Source: Candidatus Magasanikiibacteriota bacterium (GTDB lineage Bacteria; Patescibacteriota; Patescibacteriia; Magasanikbacterales; UBA922). Taken from it: a DNA stretch of 64,000 bases. The stretch lies in assembly GCA_052034405.1 (NCBI GenBank), contig JBPOIO010000001.1:67-64066 (forward strand), in the 5' to 3' direction. This document shows positions 41,546-50,868 of this stretch, piece after piece; positions within the stretch are counted from its first letter, which is position 1, and each line of letters opens with the position of its first letter. A model generated the notes under the pieces. The model saw only the letters and a program-made list of their open reading frames with translations. It was not told the DNA's origin and did no database searches. A program made the position numbers and the translations under genes.

Positions 41546-43657
41546 CTAGCCACCCGCTTGTACAGGCTGCAAAGGACTAATATCATTACTCTTTAGAGTA
41601 TTGATACAGGTTGATGTACTTGCAGATGTTCGAGGAAGTGCTGGATTTGTATATTGGACACAACCTGTATCTTGGTTGGCAGTGAAATTTTCTGGAAAAT
41701 TCACACATCCAACGTTGGCAACAACATTACCATCACTATCTTCACTATAAGTACAAACAGGAGAATCCGCGCCTTGTGGACGAACAGCTGTCCAAGGACC
41801 ACGACCAGGGTAAAAACAATTTTGTGTAATACTTTTTATACTACTTGGAATAATTGGGAAATAGTAAAAATTAGTTCCCTCTGGGCCAAATTTACGATGA
41901 TCAATTGTTACTATACTTTTATTATCAACAAGAGAAGTATCTGGTCGAAACCAAATATCACCAAGATTCGCAAATGCGGCATTTTGACCTACCAAAGTTG
42001 CTGGAAGTGGATATTCTTCCAAACTTATTTCTTCTAAACTTAAATTGGAAACACGTTTACTAAAATATAATTGAAGTGGTGCCGCCTGAGAAACACTCTC
42101 TGCATCAAGATTTGGTGTAACCTTTTCAAGAGAAGGAGCTGTTCTATCAATAGTATTTGAAATATTAAATCCCCAATAGTAATTGTCTGGATTTTTTTCT
42201 GCATCATGAATAATTTTTGGTTCATTTTGGACAAAACCAGCGCGATGTGGCTCGGCCAATTTTCCATCAGCAACATTGAGAGGACCATTGTCAAGTGCAT
42301 TTCCAGCCATATCCATAAGACCTGAAAAAGGTACGGCTTCAAAAGAGTTTCCTGCCAAAGTCAAAGCAGTACGAACAAGAACTCCATAGGAGTTGGCACA
42401 ATCAGCATTGCCAGCACAGTCAACAGGGAGACAATACATGGTCTGACCACAGCTATTTTGACCACAAGGAATATCAGAGGTAAACTCAAGTGTTTTGTAG
42501 CCATTGGAGATACGCCAATTTCCTGTAATAGTAGCAGAAGCAAAAATAATATTTGAAAAAGGTGAATTTTGACCACTCATTCCTTGGGCAACCAAAGGAT
42601 CAACAGGTTCACTGAAGTTGATTTGAACAAGACTATTTCGAGCCTCTGTAGCATTGGCATCTGGATAAACTGAAGTTACCGAAGGTGGTATTTTATCTTC
42701 AATCGTATCTGTCTGAAAAATCCAAGTATAGTGACCATGTCTATCACTTGAAAAAGCAGAAGTTTTTCCATCTTTTTTCAAGATAGAACGTGTCAAATCA
42801 ACAATATATTTTATTTTTACTTGATCACTACCGAGTGAAACAAGAGGACGAAATATAAATGTTAAAGCTTCACGATTTGGACCTTCAAAAGTAGTGAGCG
42901 CTGCCGCTTCTACAGAAGGAGTCGAAGTACTTCCTTTGATGTTGATTTTTACACTCGAAGTATTGAGCTGATCACAAAATTGTCCACTCCAATCAAATTG
43001 AGCATCATTCACATTGATACAATCTCCGAATATTTGATTATTATTGGTATCTTTAATAAGAGATGCAGGGTCGATTGCTTCACGAAATGTTACCACAATG
43101 CGAGTATTTCGAGGTACATCTTCTTGGTCACGAAGTGGATAATGGTCTTTTACAATACGACCAAGAGCACCGGACGCAGTATAAGAGTCAAAATTGAGTG
43201 CAGCACGCCCACCAGAACCATTGTCACCAAGCCCACTGCCTGTAGCATCGGAGAGAGCATTCAAAATAAACTGAGTAATGGCAAGAGAAGACATGATAAT
43301 AGCAAGACCAATAGTTGCATTGATCAATGTTTTTTTGGCAGTTCCAATCTTTTCTTCGTTTCCTCCACTCGTCATCCAAGTAAAACCTGCGTACAAAATC
43401 AAAACAACAGCAATAAGACCGAGGAGACCAAGACCAATACGAATAATCTTGGCAGCGATAATACGAATATCTTCACCACCTAAAGGAAGAAGACTTCCTA
43501 CTTTTTTTACACCAAAAGTGTCGGCTTGCGCAGAGGCAATCGACGCAAAACAAAAAATAAAAAAAGTGACTAAAAACAAACATGCGATCGTTTTAATCAC
43601 TTTTTTATTATTTCTTTTGTACAAGCGAATCCAAGGAAGCATGGGACCTGGACTCAA
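41546..43657 (-). CDS. pilin-fused surface protein with Ig-like (Big_5-like) domains; start uncertain
   Basis: Same pilin domain; VPRNTRIVVTFREAID, ARNSLVQINFSEPVD, DRTAPSL. Confidence 0.85.
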   Translation of the reverse strand: MSPGPMLPWIRLYKRNNKKVIKTIACLFLVTFFIFCFASIASAQADTFGVKKVGSLLPLGGEDIRIIAAKIIRIGLGLLGLIAVVLILYAGFTWMTSGGNEEKIGTAKKTLINATIGLAIIMSSLAITQFILNALSDATGSGLGDNGSGGRAALNFDSYTASGALGRIVKDHYPLRDQEDVPRNTRIVVTFREAIDPASLIKDTNNNQIFGDCINVNDAQFDWSGQFCDQLNTSSVKINIKGSTSTPSVEAAALTTFEGPNREALTFIFRPLVSLGSDQVKIKYIVDLTRSILKKDGKTSAFSSDRHGHYTWIFQTDTIEDKIPPSVTSVYPDANATEARNSLVQINFSEPVDPLVAQGMSGQNSPFSNIIFASATITGNWRISNGYKTLEFTSDIPCGQNSCGQTMYCLPVDCAGNADCANSYGVLVRTALTLAGNSFEAVPFSGLMDMAGNALDNGPLNVADGKLAEPHRAGFVQNEPKIIHDAEKNPDNYYWGFNISNTIDRTAPSLEKVTPNLDAESVSQAAPLQLYFSKRVSNLSLEEISLEEYPLPATLVGQNAAFANLGDIWFRPDTSLVDNKSIVTIDHRKFGPEGTNFYYFPIIPSSIKSITQNCFYPGRGPWTAVRPQGADSPVCTYSEDSDGNVVANVGCVNFPENFTANQDTGCVQYTNPALPRTSASTSTCINTLKSNDISPLQPVQAGG

Positions 43658-43666
43658 AAATTAATG

Positions 43667-44107
43667 TCAACTGGGTTTTTGTGTTGATTCGATCATCGCG
43701 CGAACACGATTACCATCAGCACGCCCAGAAAGCTCTTTCATTACCATGCCCATAAGTTGCCCGACAGTGACAACAGGGTTTTGGGAACGAATTTTTTCAA
43801 TCACGTTCTGGATATCTTCATCACCGAGCTCCGGTGGAAGAAACCTTTTTACAATTTCAATTTCTGATTTTGTTTTTTCTATCAAATCTTGTCTTGCAGC
43901 AGATTCAAAATCTTTAAGGGCATCTTGAAGCTGTTTGTTTTGACTTCGAATGATAGCAAGAACTTCTTCGTCATTGAGTTCACGTCCTTTGTCGATTTCA
44001 GTATTCCGGATAGTAGCAAAAATAAGTCGAATCACAGCAAGTGTTTCTGTGTCTTTTGACTTCATTGCTTCTTTTTGAGTATCGACAATAACAGAACGCA
44101 AAGACAT
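43667..44107 (-). CDS. GatB/YqeY domain protein
   Basis: KEAMKSKD, ARQDLIEK, FLPPEL, GQLMG.VM, GRADG; follows rpsU. Confidence 0.93.
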   Translation of the reverse strand: MSLRSVIVDTQKEAMKSKDTETLAVIRLIFATIRNTEIDKGRELNDEEVLAIIRSQNKQLQDALKDFESAARQDLIEKTKSEIEIVKRFLPPELGDEDIQNVIEKIRSQNPVVTVGQLMGMVMKELSGRADGNRVRAMIESTQKPS

Positions 44108-44113
44108 ATTATT

Positions 44114-44362
44114 TTATTTTTTCTTGTTTGGATAAGTATCTTCTTCAACAGGGAGACGTCCGATTTTTTGCAAATACGCAGTTTTTGCGAGACTGTGCAA
44201 ACGTTTCACACGGCTATTTTTTCGGAAGTTTTTACTCTTTACTTCTTCGAAATATTGGATCTTTTTTGCTTGAATAATTTTTCCCGAAGACTGCCATTGT
44301 TTTTTAGCGCGTCGGAACAAACTTTCAAAAGATTCATTTTTTCTTTTTCGTACTTCTGACAC
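44114..44362 (-). CDS. rpsU: 30S ribosomal protein bS21
   Basis: VRKRKNESFESLFRR, QYFE..KS; GTG start with SD GAGGAGGTGA; rpsU-yqeY synteny. Confidence 0.9.
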   Translation of the reverse strand: MSEVRKRKNESFESLFRRAKKQWQSSGKIIQAKKIQYFEEVKSKNFRKNSRVKRLHSLAKTAYLQKIGRLPVEEDTYPNKKK

Positions 44363-44460
44363 AAATGTTCACCTCCTCAAGGTGTATTAAAATTAAATAT
44401 TTAGCTTGTTCTTAGTATACATGAAAATTTCGCAAGAGTCAAATACAAATCGTCCCCAAC

Positions 44461-45903
44461 TTATCCACGGATAATATCAATTCTATTGAGTTTTTTGAGC
44501 TCATGAGCGAGTTTTTTTTGATCGACAATTTCTTGAATCCCCGACTCCATATCACGAATAATTGCTGTACCATCTTGTACTTCTTTTTGTCCAATAATAA
44601 TCGTGTGAGTGGCTCCAATTTTGTTGGCAATTTCCATCTGAGCTTTGAGTGAAGTTTTGGCAAGATTGAAATGTACGGTTGTACCATCACGGCGAATTTC
44701 TTCTACCAAAAATAATGTTCTTCGACGTGCCTGTTCACCGAGCTGTGCAAAAAAGACTGGTAATTTTTTGATGTCTTTTCTTTCAATCATGTCTTTTTTT
44801 TCTTGACGTTCAAGTTCTATCATGACGCGTTCAATACCAATGGCAAAACCACAAGCTGGAGTAGGCACTCCACCGAGTTGCTCTACCAGTAAATTGTAGC
44901 GACCACCAGCACCAAGTGCACTTTGACTTGCTTCACTACTTTCTGGAATATAAAATTCAAAAACTGTATCAGTATAATAATCAAGTCCACGAACAAGACG
45001 AGAGTTGAGTACATATGGTATTCCCATTTCATCAAGATACTCAAGTGTTTTCATGAAAAAACTTTTTGACTCATCACTGAGCCAATCCAAAATTTGTGGT
45101 GCATCTTCAAGGACCGCTTGATCTTCAGGCTCTTTACTATCAAGTACACGAAGTGGGTTTTTGAGCAAACGTTTTTTGGATTCTTCTGAAAGTTGACCAC
45201 GACGTGAACGCAAATATCCAGTTAGCTCAACCAAATATCTTTGGCGATCTTCAACATTTCCAATACTATTCATTTGTACTTCTACATTGATTCCAAGATC
45301 ACGATAAAAATTGTATCCAACAGCAATAAGTTCAGCGTCAACTACAGGATCATGAACACCAAAAGATTCAAAACCAAATTGGTGAAATTGACGATAGCGT
45401 CCAGCCTGTGGTCGTTCGTGTCGAAACATGGAACCATTGTACCAAAGTTTCACTGGTTGCACTTGATTGTGCATACCGTGATTGATATAGGCTCTTGAGA
45501 TACTTGCTGTACCTTCTGGACGAAGCGCTACTTTGGTATCGTCGCGATCATCAAAAATATACATTTCTTTATCAACAATATCAGTCCCCTTTCCAACAGA
45601 ACGAATAAACAAATTTGAATTTTCTACAATTGGAGTTTCAATATACCCGTATCCATAGGCACGAGCAATATCTTCACCAACATGTTGAATAGAAAGCCAT
45701 TTGTCTTCGTCTTTTGGCAAAATATCTCGCATACCACGAACCAAAGCATATACAGGAGCGGCTGCTTTCTTTTTTTCATCACTTGTATGTTCATCTTTCT
45801 TTTTGACAGGCGCTACTACTTTTTTTACAGGCTTCAAAACAACTTTCTTTTTTGGAGGCACAACTTTCTTTTTTGCTGGAACTGCTTTTTTCTTTGATGG
45901 CAT
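44461..45903 (-). CDS. hisS: histidine--tRNA ligase
   Basis: RGMRDILP, LRPEGTA, FRHERPQAGRYRQFHQ, LVRGLDYY, GGRY. Confidence 0.97.
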   Translation of the reverse strand: MPSKKKAVPAKKKVVPPKKKVVLKPVKKVVAPVKKKDEHTSDEKKKAAAPVYALVRGMRDILPKDEDKWLSIQHVGEDIARAYGYGYIETPIVENSNLFIRSVGKGTDIVDKEMYIFDDRDDTKVALRPEGTASISRAYINHGMHNQVQPVKLWYNGSMFRHERPQAGRYRQFHQFGFESFGVHDPVVDAELIAVGYNFYRDLGINVEVQMNSIGNVEDRQRYLVELTGYLRSRRGQLSEESKKRLLKNPLRVLDSKEPEDQAVLEDAPQILDWLSDESKSFFMKTLEYLDEMGIPYVLNSRLVRGLDYYTDTVFEFYIPESSEASQSALGAGGRYNLLVEQLGGVPTPACGFAIGIERVMIELERQEKKDMIERKDIKKLPVFFAQLGEQARRRTLFLVEEIRRDGTTVHFNLAKTSLKAQMEIANKIGATHTIIIGQKEVQDGTAIIRDMESGIQEIVDQKKLAHELKKLNRIDIIRG

Positions 45904-45925
45904 AAGTATGTACAATTAATTACAT

Positions 45926-46546
45926 TTAGAAGTTATAGGTTGGAGAATGAAAGAGTGTAATACGATTGAATGGATAACCACGAATCCAAGTACGGCCAAC
46001 AATTGAACTTTTTGGAATAGGACCAAATTTTCGAGAGTCATAACTTTCGCCACGATTGTCCCCCATCACAAAATATTCATCGGGTCCAAGCTGAACCGTA
46101 GTAGAACCAGATGTAGTCTGATTGAGATAATTTTCTTCGACAACTTTTCCTTGAGGAAACTCATCATTGAAAATAATAACTTTGTTGTTTTCAATTTTTA
46201 TTTTTTCTCCAGGAAGACCAATAACACGTTTGAGATAATATTCTTGTTTTATGACCGGCGCCCGTAGCACAACAACCTCACCTCTCTCGGGCGCCCGCAA
46301 ATGGTAACTGAGCTCGTCAATAAGTAAATATTCACTTTCAAAGTAATTTGGCTGCATGGATTGACCTTCAACCACAAAAGGTTTGAAAAGAAAGGTTCTT
46401 ACAGCAATAATAGTAATAGCAGCCAAAACGACAACTTTTATGACCTCCAAAAAAAAGATTCCAACCGACGCAAAAAAACCACGACCTATGGGAGTCATTT
46501 CTTCTAAATTTTCTGAACTCTTTTTTTGTTCAAGGTCTTCATTCAT
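45926..46546 (-). CDS. lepB: signal peptidase I
   Basis: GQSMQPN, YLKRVIGLPGE, MGDNR..SYDSR. Confidence 0.96.
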   Translation of the reverse strand: MNEDLEQKKSSENLEEMTPIGRGFFASVGIFFLEVIKVVVLAAITIIAVRTFLFKPFVVEGQSMQPNYFESEYLLIDELSYHLRAPERGEVVVLRAPVIKQEYYLKRVIGLPGEKIKIENNKVIIFNDEFPQGKVVEENYLNQTTSGSTTVQLGPDEYFVMGDNRGESYDSRKFGPIPKSSIVGRTWIRGYPFNRITLFHSPTYNF

Positions 46547-46596
46547 AGGAAAGATATAGTCTTTTTAGTATAGCGAAGACTTTGAGAAAAATCAAG

Positions 46597-46670
46597 TGGA
46601 CCCAGGAGGATTTGAACCTCCGACCCCTTGCATGTCATGCAAGTGCTCTAACCAACTGAGCTATAAGTCC
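46597..46670 (-). tRNA. tRNA-Val(GAC)
   Basis: Cloverleaf on minus strand, CTTGC-ATGACAT-GCAAG. Confidence 0.94.
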
Positions 46671-46706
46671 GTATAAAAAACCCGCTCTTTTAGAACGGAT
46701 TTTTTG

Positions 46707-46780
46707 TGGGCGTGCCTGGAGTCGAACCAGGGACCTCAACATTATCAGTGTTGCGCTCTAACCATCTGAGCTACACGCCC
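46707..46780 (-). tRNA. tRNA-Ile(GAT)
   Basis: Cloverleaf on minus strand, loop CTGATAA. Confidence 0.95.
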
Positions 46781-46871
46781 ATATTTGTGCCCATAAATAT
46801 ACACCAAAAAAAAATATTCGTCAAGTGAAAAAAAACTCCCCCCAAAGGGAGAAGTTTTAATTTTGTTTTGT

Positions 46872-47222
46872 TTAGATGTTGAGGTTGTCGATTGCACTCG
46901 TATCGATATCTTCATGTGCAACGTCTTGATGAGCATCTTCTTGCATCATCATTGGAGCTCGTTGTGGACGTCCACCCTCTGGTTCGTTGATTTTGAGGTT
47001 TACTCGAGCATTATTTTTTGCTCCAACGATTTTGAGAAGTGTACGTACAGCGCGAGCAGTTTGGCCTTGACGTCCGATAACATATCCCATGTCTGTTGGA
47101 TTGATATCCAAGGTAATGAGCACGCCTCGTTCGTCTACAGTACGTGTGGTTTTGACGTCTTCCGGATGGTTGACAATCGCTTGCACAATGTACTCAACAA
47201 ACTGTTGATCTGTCATATTCAT
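46872..47222 (-). CDS. khpA: KH-domain RNA-binding protein KhpA
   Basis: IVNHPEDV, DMGYVIGRQGQTARAVRTLL; follows rpsP. Confidence 0.93.
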   Translation of the reverse strand: MNMTDQQFVEYIVQAIVNHPEDVKTTRTVDERGVLITLDINPTDMGYVIGRQGQTARAVRTLLKIVGAKNNARVNLKINEPEGGRPQRAPMMMQEDAHQDVAHEDIDTSAIDNLNI

Positions 47223-47364
47223 ACATTAATCTGTTTAAACTGAACTGTCGACATGTGGAAAATCCACCAGTTCTTTCACAAAAAGAAGTATAGCAAATAT
47301 TTTATCCAAAAGTCAACATAAAAAGAAAAACTGTCCACAGTGGGACAGTTTTTTGAAATATATT

Positions 47365-47685
47365 TTATGCGGCAGGTGCAGCTTTTTTTGCTTCAATTTT
47401 TTTTGCTCGTTTTTGAGAAATAAAAACTGATTTTGCTTTTTTTGCTTTTGTGATTCCTTCTTTTACCAAAAGGTTGTTCACAGTTGCACTTGGTTGAGCA
47501 CCAACAGAAAGCCAATATTCAATACGTTCGCGGTTGAGTTCAATTTGTTTTGGTTGAGTCGTTGGATTGTATGAACCCAAGATTTCCAAACTTTTTGCCT
47601 GTGTATCTTTGTGCTTGTCAGAAACAATAAGACGGTAGATAGGCTGTTTTTTCTTTCCAAGACGTTGGAGACGAATACAGATCAT
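47365..47685 (-). CDS. rpsP: 30S ribosomal protein bS16
   Basis: IRLQRLGKKKQPIYR, EILGSYNP, YWLSVGAQPS. Confidence 0.97.
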   Translation of the reverse strand: MICIRLQRLGKKKQPIYRLIVSDKHKDTQAKSLEILGSYNPTTQPKQIELNRERIEYWLSVGAQPSATVNNLLVKEGITKAKKAKSVFISQKRAKKIEAKKAAPAA

Positions 47686-47762
47686 AGTATATAAATAGAG
47701 ATAATACGAAGATTAGGTGACGATTAGAGCTGGGCGCATTATAGCGAAAATCTGGAAACTTG

Positions 47763-50700
47763 TCAAGAGCTCTTTGCTTCTGATAATTTTACACTCAAAA
47801 GCTGAGATACCCCATTTCCTCCCATAGTCACCCCATAAATAGCATCTGCAGCATGCATAGTCACTCGATTATGGGTAATAATGATAAACTGTGAAGCTTC
47901 CGAGAGTTCTTTGAGGATCTGGACGACTCGAAGGGTATTGGCTTCGTCAAGTGCCGCTTCAACCTCGTCAAGAATAACAAATGGTGATGGGTTCGTACGC
48001 AAAATAGCACAAATAAGCGCAATAGAAGTAAGGGTTCGCTCTCCACCGGAGAGGGCCTGAATATTGTTGATTTTCTTTCCTGGAGGGCACGCCAAAATAT
48101 CAATCCCCTTCAAGATCTTTTTCACTTTTTTTGATCCTGTATCTACATCGTTTTCTTTTTCTTCAGATTCTGAACCTTCTATTTCATCTTCATACACTTC
48201 TATCAAATCAGCACTTCCCCCATCAAACAAAATAGCAAAGTAACGGGCAAATTCTTTTTTCATTTCTTTGAATGCCTTATTGCGTTTTTTCTTCATGATA
48301 TCATCAAGCTCTTGCACCAAAGTTTCAAGATCATTCAAAGTTTTTTTCAAATCCTTGAGCTGACCATCAAGATTATCAAAACGAGATTTTGTTTCTTCAT
48401 ATTCTGCCACAACACTTTCATCAATACCACCAATAAGTGAAAGTGTATATTTGAGTTTTTGAATACGCACACCTACTTGTTCTTGTTCTGCAGCTTCAAA
48501 TACCTTATGCCCACGAGAAGCAATAGAGTCAAGTGATACATGCAATTCTTCAAATACTTCTCTTGCAATATCTTCTTCACGAGTTTCGAGTTTGGCCAGT
48601 TCAATTTGACGAGTATTTTTTTGTGCAATAGCAGCGTTCACAGATGCCTGTAACTCTTGCATTGAATCTTGCAGGGCAAAAACACGTTGTTTTTTGACTT
48701 CTTCTTCTGCATGAAAATTATTGACTTTACTTTCGGCAACAGCTATTTCTTGGTCCAATTCTTGCATGGTATCAAGTATCATTTGCTTTTGGATTTCAAT
48801 ATCTTTCAATACTTCGCTATATTGTTCGGGACTAAGTGTTTCAAGATTGAGTTCGTGCTCGAGTGCGGCAATTTCTGAATCTACACTTTTCTTTTGATTT
48901 TCTTGCAAATCCATTTTGCTTTTCAAAAACAAGAGTTCTCCAGATCGAGCCTGGAGTTCTTCACGACACTCTTCAAAACGAATTTCAAAATGTTCAAATT
49001 CTGCTCTTTTGTTTTTGAGTTCAGCTTCTGAAAGGGCCACATCAAAATCAGTAAAGGCAGAAGCGCCTGATGCAAAACTCAATCTATCATCTCGCCCGCG
49101 ACGGTATCCACCTTTTACCACACCACTTGTTTCAAATAGATCTCCCTGAAGTGTCACCATACGAATACGACCAATACCAACAGCACGGGCCGCATCCATA
49201 TCTTCTACTACCAAAGTGGAACCAAAAATTAAAGAAAAAACATCGTTATATTTTGCATTGTATTTGATCAAATCCATGGCGAGTCCTCGTACACCCTGTT
49301 CTTTCAAAAGTGTTTTCACCATTTCTGGCATTTGACGTGGACGCAGTGTGGTCAATGGCAAAAATGTCGCTACACCAAATTGGTTGGAACGTAAATAATC
49401 AATACATTTTTTGGCAACATTTTCGTCACTAATCACAATCGATGACAAATAATTTCCAGCAGCAACATCGAGTGCTACGACATATTCTTTTTCTACTTTT
49501 CCAAGTGTTGCAACGACACCAAAAATATCTCCGAGTTGGTTTCGAGCCTCAAGAATCGCCTGTACGGCACGAAGCCCCGTCAACTGAAATACAGACTGCT
49601 CGGCTTTGGCATAGGTTGTTTCGGTTTCAAGACGTGTAATATCTCCACGCAGTGCCACTTTGGAAATATTGATGCGTTGCAATTCGTTTTGCAAAGTATT
49701 GACGGCACTTTGTTTCGTCGCCGTTTCTTTTTCAATATTTTCAATTTCTTTTTCAATAAGAGACTGATCGTTTTTCAATGTTTCTACTTTTTCTTTCATC
49801 CAACCAACCTGAGTCGCACCGGCTTTTCTGTATTCACTTTGTGATTTTCCTTCTAATATTGTAAGTTCACGCTCAAGTGCATTTTTTTGTTTTACAACAT
49901 CTTGATATTCATTTTGCAAAGCCGTAAAAATTTCTTGACGAGAAGATTCACGAGATAAATGTGCCAGTTCTTCTTGGATCGAAAGCAAGTTTTTTTCACT
50001 GAGTCGCAAATTATCGTCAATAGCAAAAATTTCATTTCGAAGTACTTGGATTTGACCGCGAAACTGTGTTGCGAGTGTTGCATAATGGCGTTCTTGAAGT
50101 TCACGAAGTTCAATTTCAACTTCTTGACGTTCGGTCAATTTTTGGACCTGACGAGACAAAATTTTTAAACGTGGTTCAATTTCGTGAAAAAGCAATTCTG
50201 CTTGAGAAATATGACTTCGAGTACGATCAAGGCGAAGCATGGCCTGGTGACGTTTGATTTGAAATTCTTTGATACCACTGGCTTCATCAAAAAATTCCTT
50301 GCGCTCTTCCATGCTTTGCAAAATCATCTTATCAATCATCCCCTGTCCAATAATTCCATGTGCACCACTTCCTGTTTGGGCTTTGGCAAGCAAAATATTG
50401 ACGTCAATCAAACGAGCTTCGTGACCATTGATAATATATTCACTTTCTCCCGAACGATAAAGCCTGCGACCAATAACAAGTTCTTCGTAATCAATCGGAG
50501 CTTTTTTGTCAGTATTATCAAAAGTAATAAAAACACTGGCCATACTGAGTTGGCCCTTGTGCTCGGATCCGGCAAAGATAATATCTTCACTTTTTTTACC
50601 ACGAAGGAGCTTGAGACTCTGTTCTCCCATAACCCAGCGAAGGGCATCGGCCACATTACTTTTACCAGAGCCATTTGGACCAACAATTACCGTAATACTC

Positions 50701-50789
50701 TCTTTTCCTCCAGATCCTGGCAAAAAATCCAAAACAGTCTTGTCGGCAAAAGACTTAAAACCCTGAATTTCAATACGTTTCAAAAACAT
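47763..50789 (-). CDS. smc: chromosome segregation protein SMC (short arms, 1008 aa)
   Basis: GFKSFAD, GPNGSGKSN, hinge G.ATFLPL/VTLQGD...G...GG, LSGGE, ILDEVEAALD. Confidence 0.95.
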   Translation of the reverse strand: MFLKRIEIQGFKSFADKTVLDFLPGSGGKESITVIVGPNGSGKSNVADALRWVMGEQSLKLLRGKKSEDIIFAGSEHKGQLSMASVFITFDNTDKKAPIDYEELVIGRRLYRSGESEYIINGHEARLIDVNILLAKAQTGSGAHGIIGQGMIDKMILQSMEERKEFFDEASGIKEFQIKRHQAMLRLDRTRSHISQAELLFHEIEPRLKILSRQVQKLTERQEVEIELRELQERHYATLATQFRGQIQVLRNEIFAIDDNLRLSEKNLLSIQEELAHLSRESSRQEIFTALQNEYQDVVKQKNALERELTILEGKSQSEYRKAGATQVGWMKEKVETLKNDQSLIEKEIENIEKETATKQSAVNTLQNELQRINISKVALRGDITRLETETTYAKAEQSVFQLTGLRAVQAILEARNQLGDIFGVVATLGKVEKEYVVALDVAAGNYLSSIVISDENVAKKCIDYLRSNQFGVATFLPLTTLRPRQMPEMVKTLLKEQGVRGLAMDLIKYNAKYNDVFSLIFGSTLVVEDMDAARAVGIGRIRMVTLQGDLFETSGVVKGGYRRGRDDRLSFASGASAFTDFDVALSEAELKNKRAEFEHFEIRFEECREELQARSGELLFLKSKMDLQENQKKSVDSEIAALEHELNLETLSPEQYSEVLKDIEIQKQMILDTMQELDQEIAVAESKVNNFHAEEEVKKQRVFALQDSMQELQASVNAAIAQKNTRQIELAKLETREEDIAREVFEELHVSLDSIASRGHKVFEAAEQEQVGVRIQKLKYTLSLIGGIDESVVAEYEETKSRFDNLDGQLKDLKKTLNDLETLVQELDDIMKKKRNKAFKEMKKEFARYFAILFDGGSADLIEVYEDEIEGSESEEKENDVDTGSKKVKKILKGIDILACPPGKKINNIQALSGGERTLTSIALICAILRTNPSPFVILDEVEAALDEANTLRVVQILKELSEASQFIIITHNRVTMHAADAIYGVTMGGNGVSQLLSVKLSEAKSS

Positions 50790-50868
50790 AGCCAGAAAGG
50801 CATTATTATGGGTACGATTATACCACTATTGACAATCCAAGGCAACTGCTATAGAATAAGCTGTTTCT

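Noticed and set aside
25855-43669. UGA recoding (code 25) as in Gracilibacteria
   Set aside because: TGA terminates ftsA, dgkA, ybeY and yqeY at expected lengths, and long ORFs are intact under code 11
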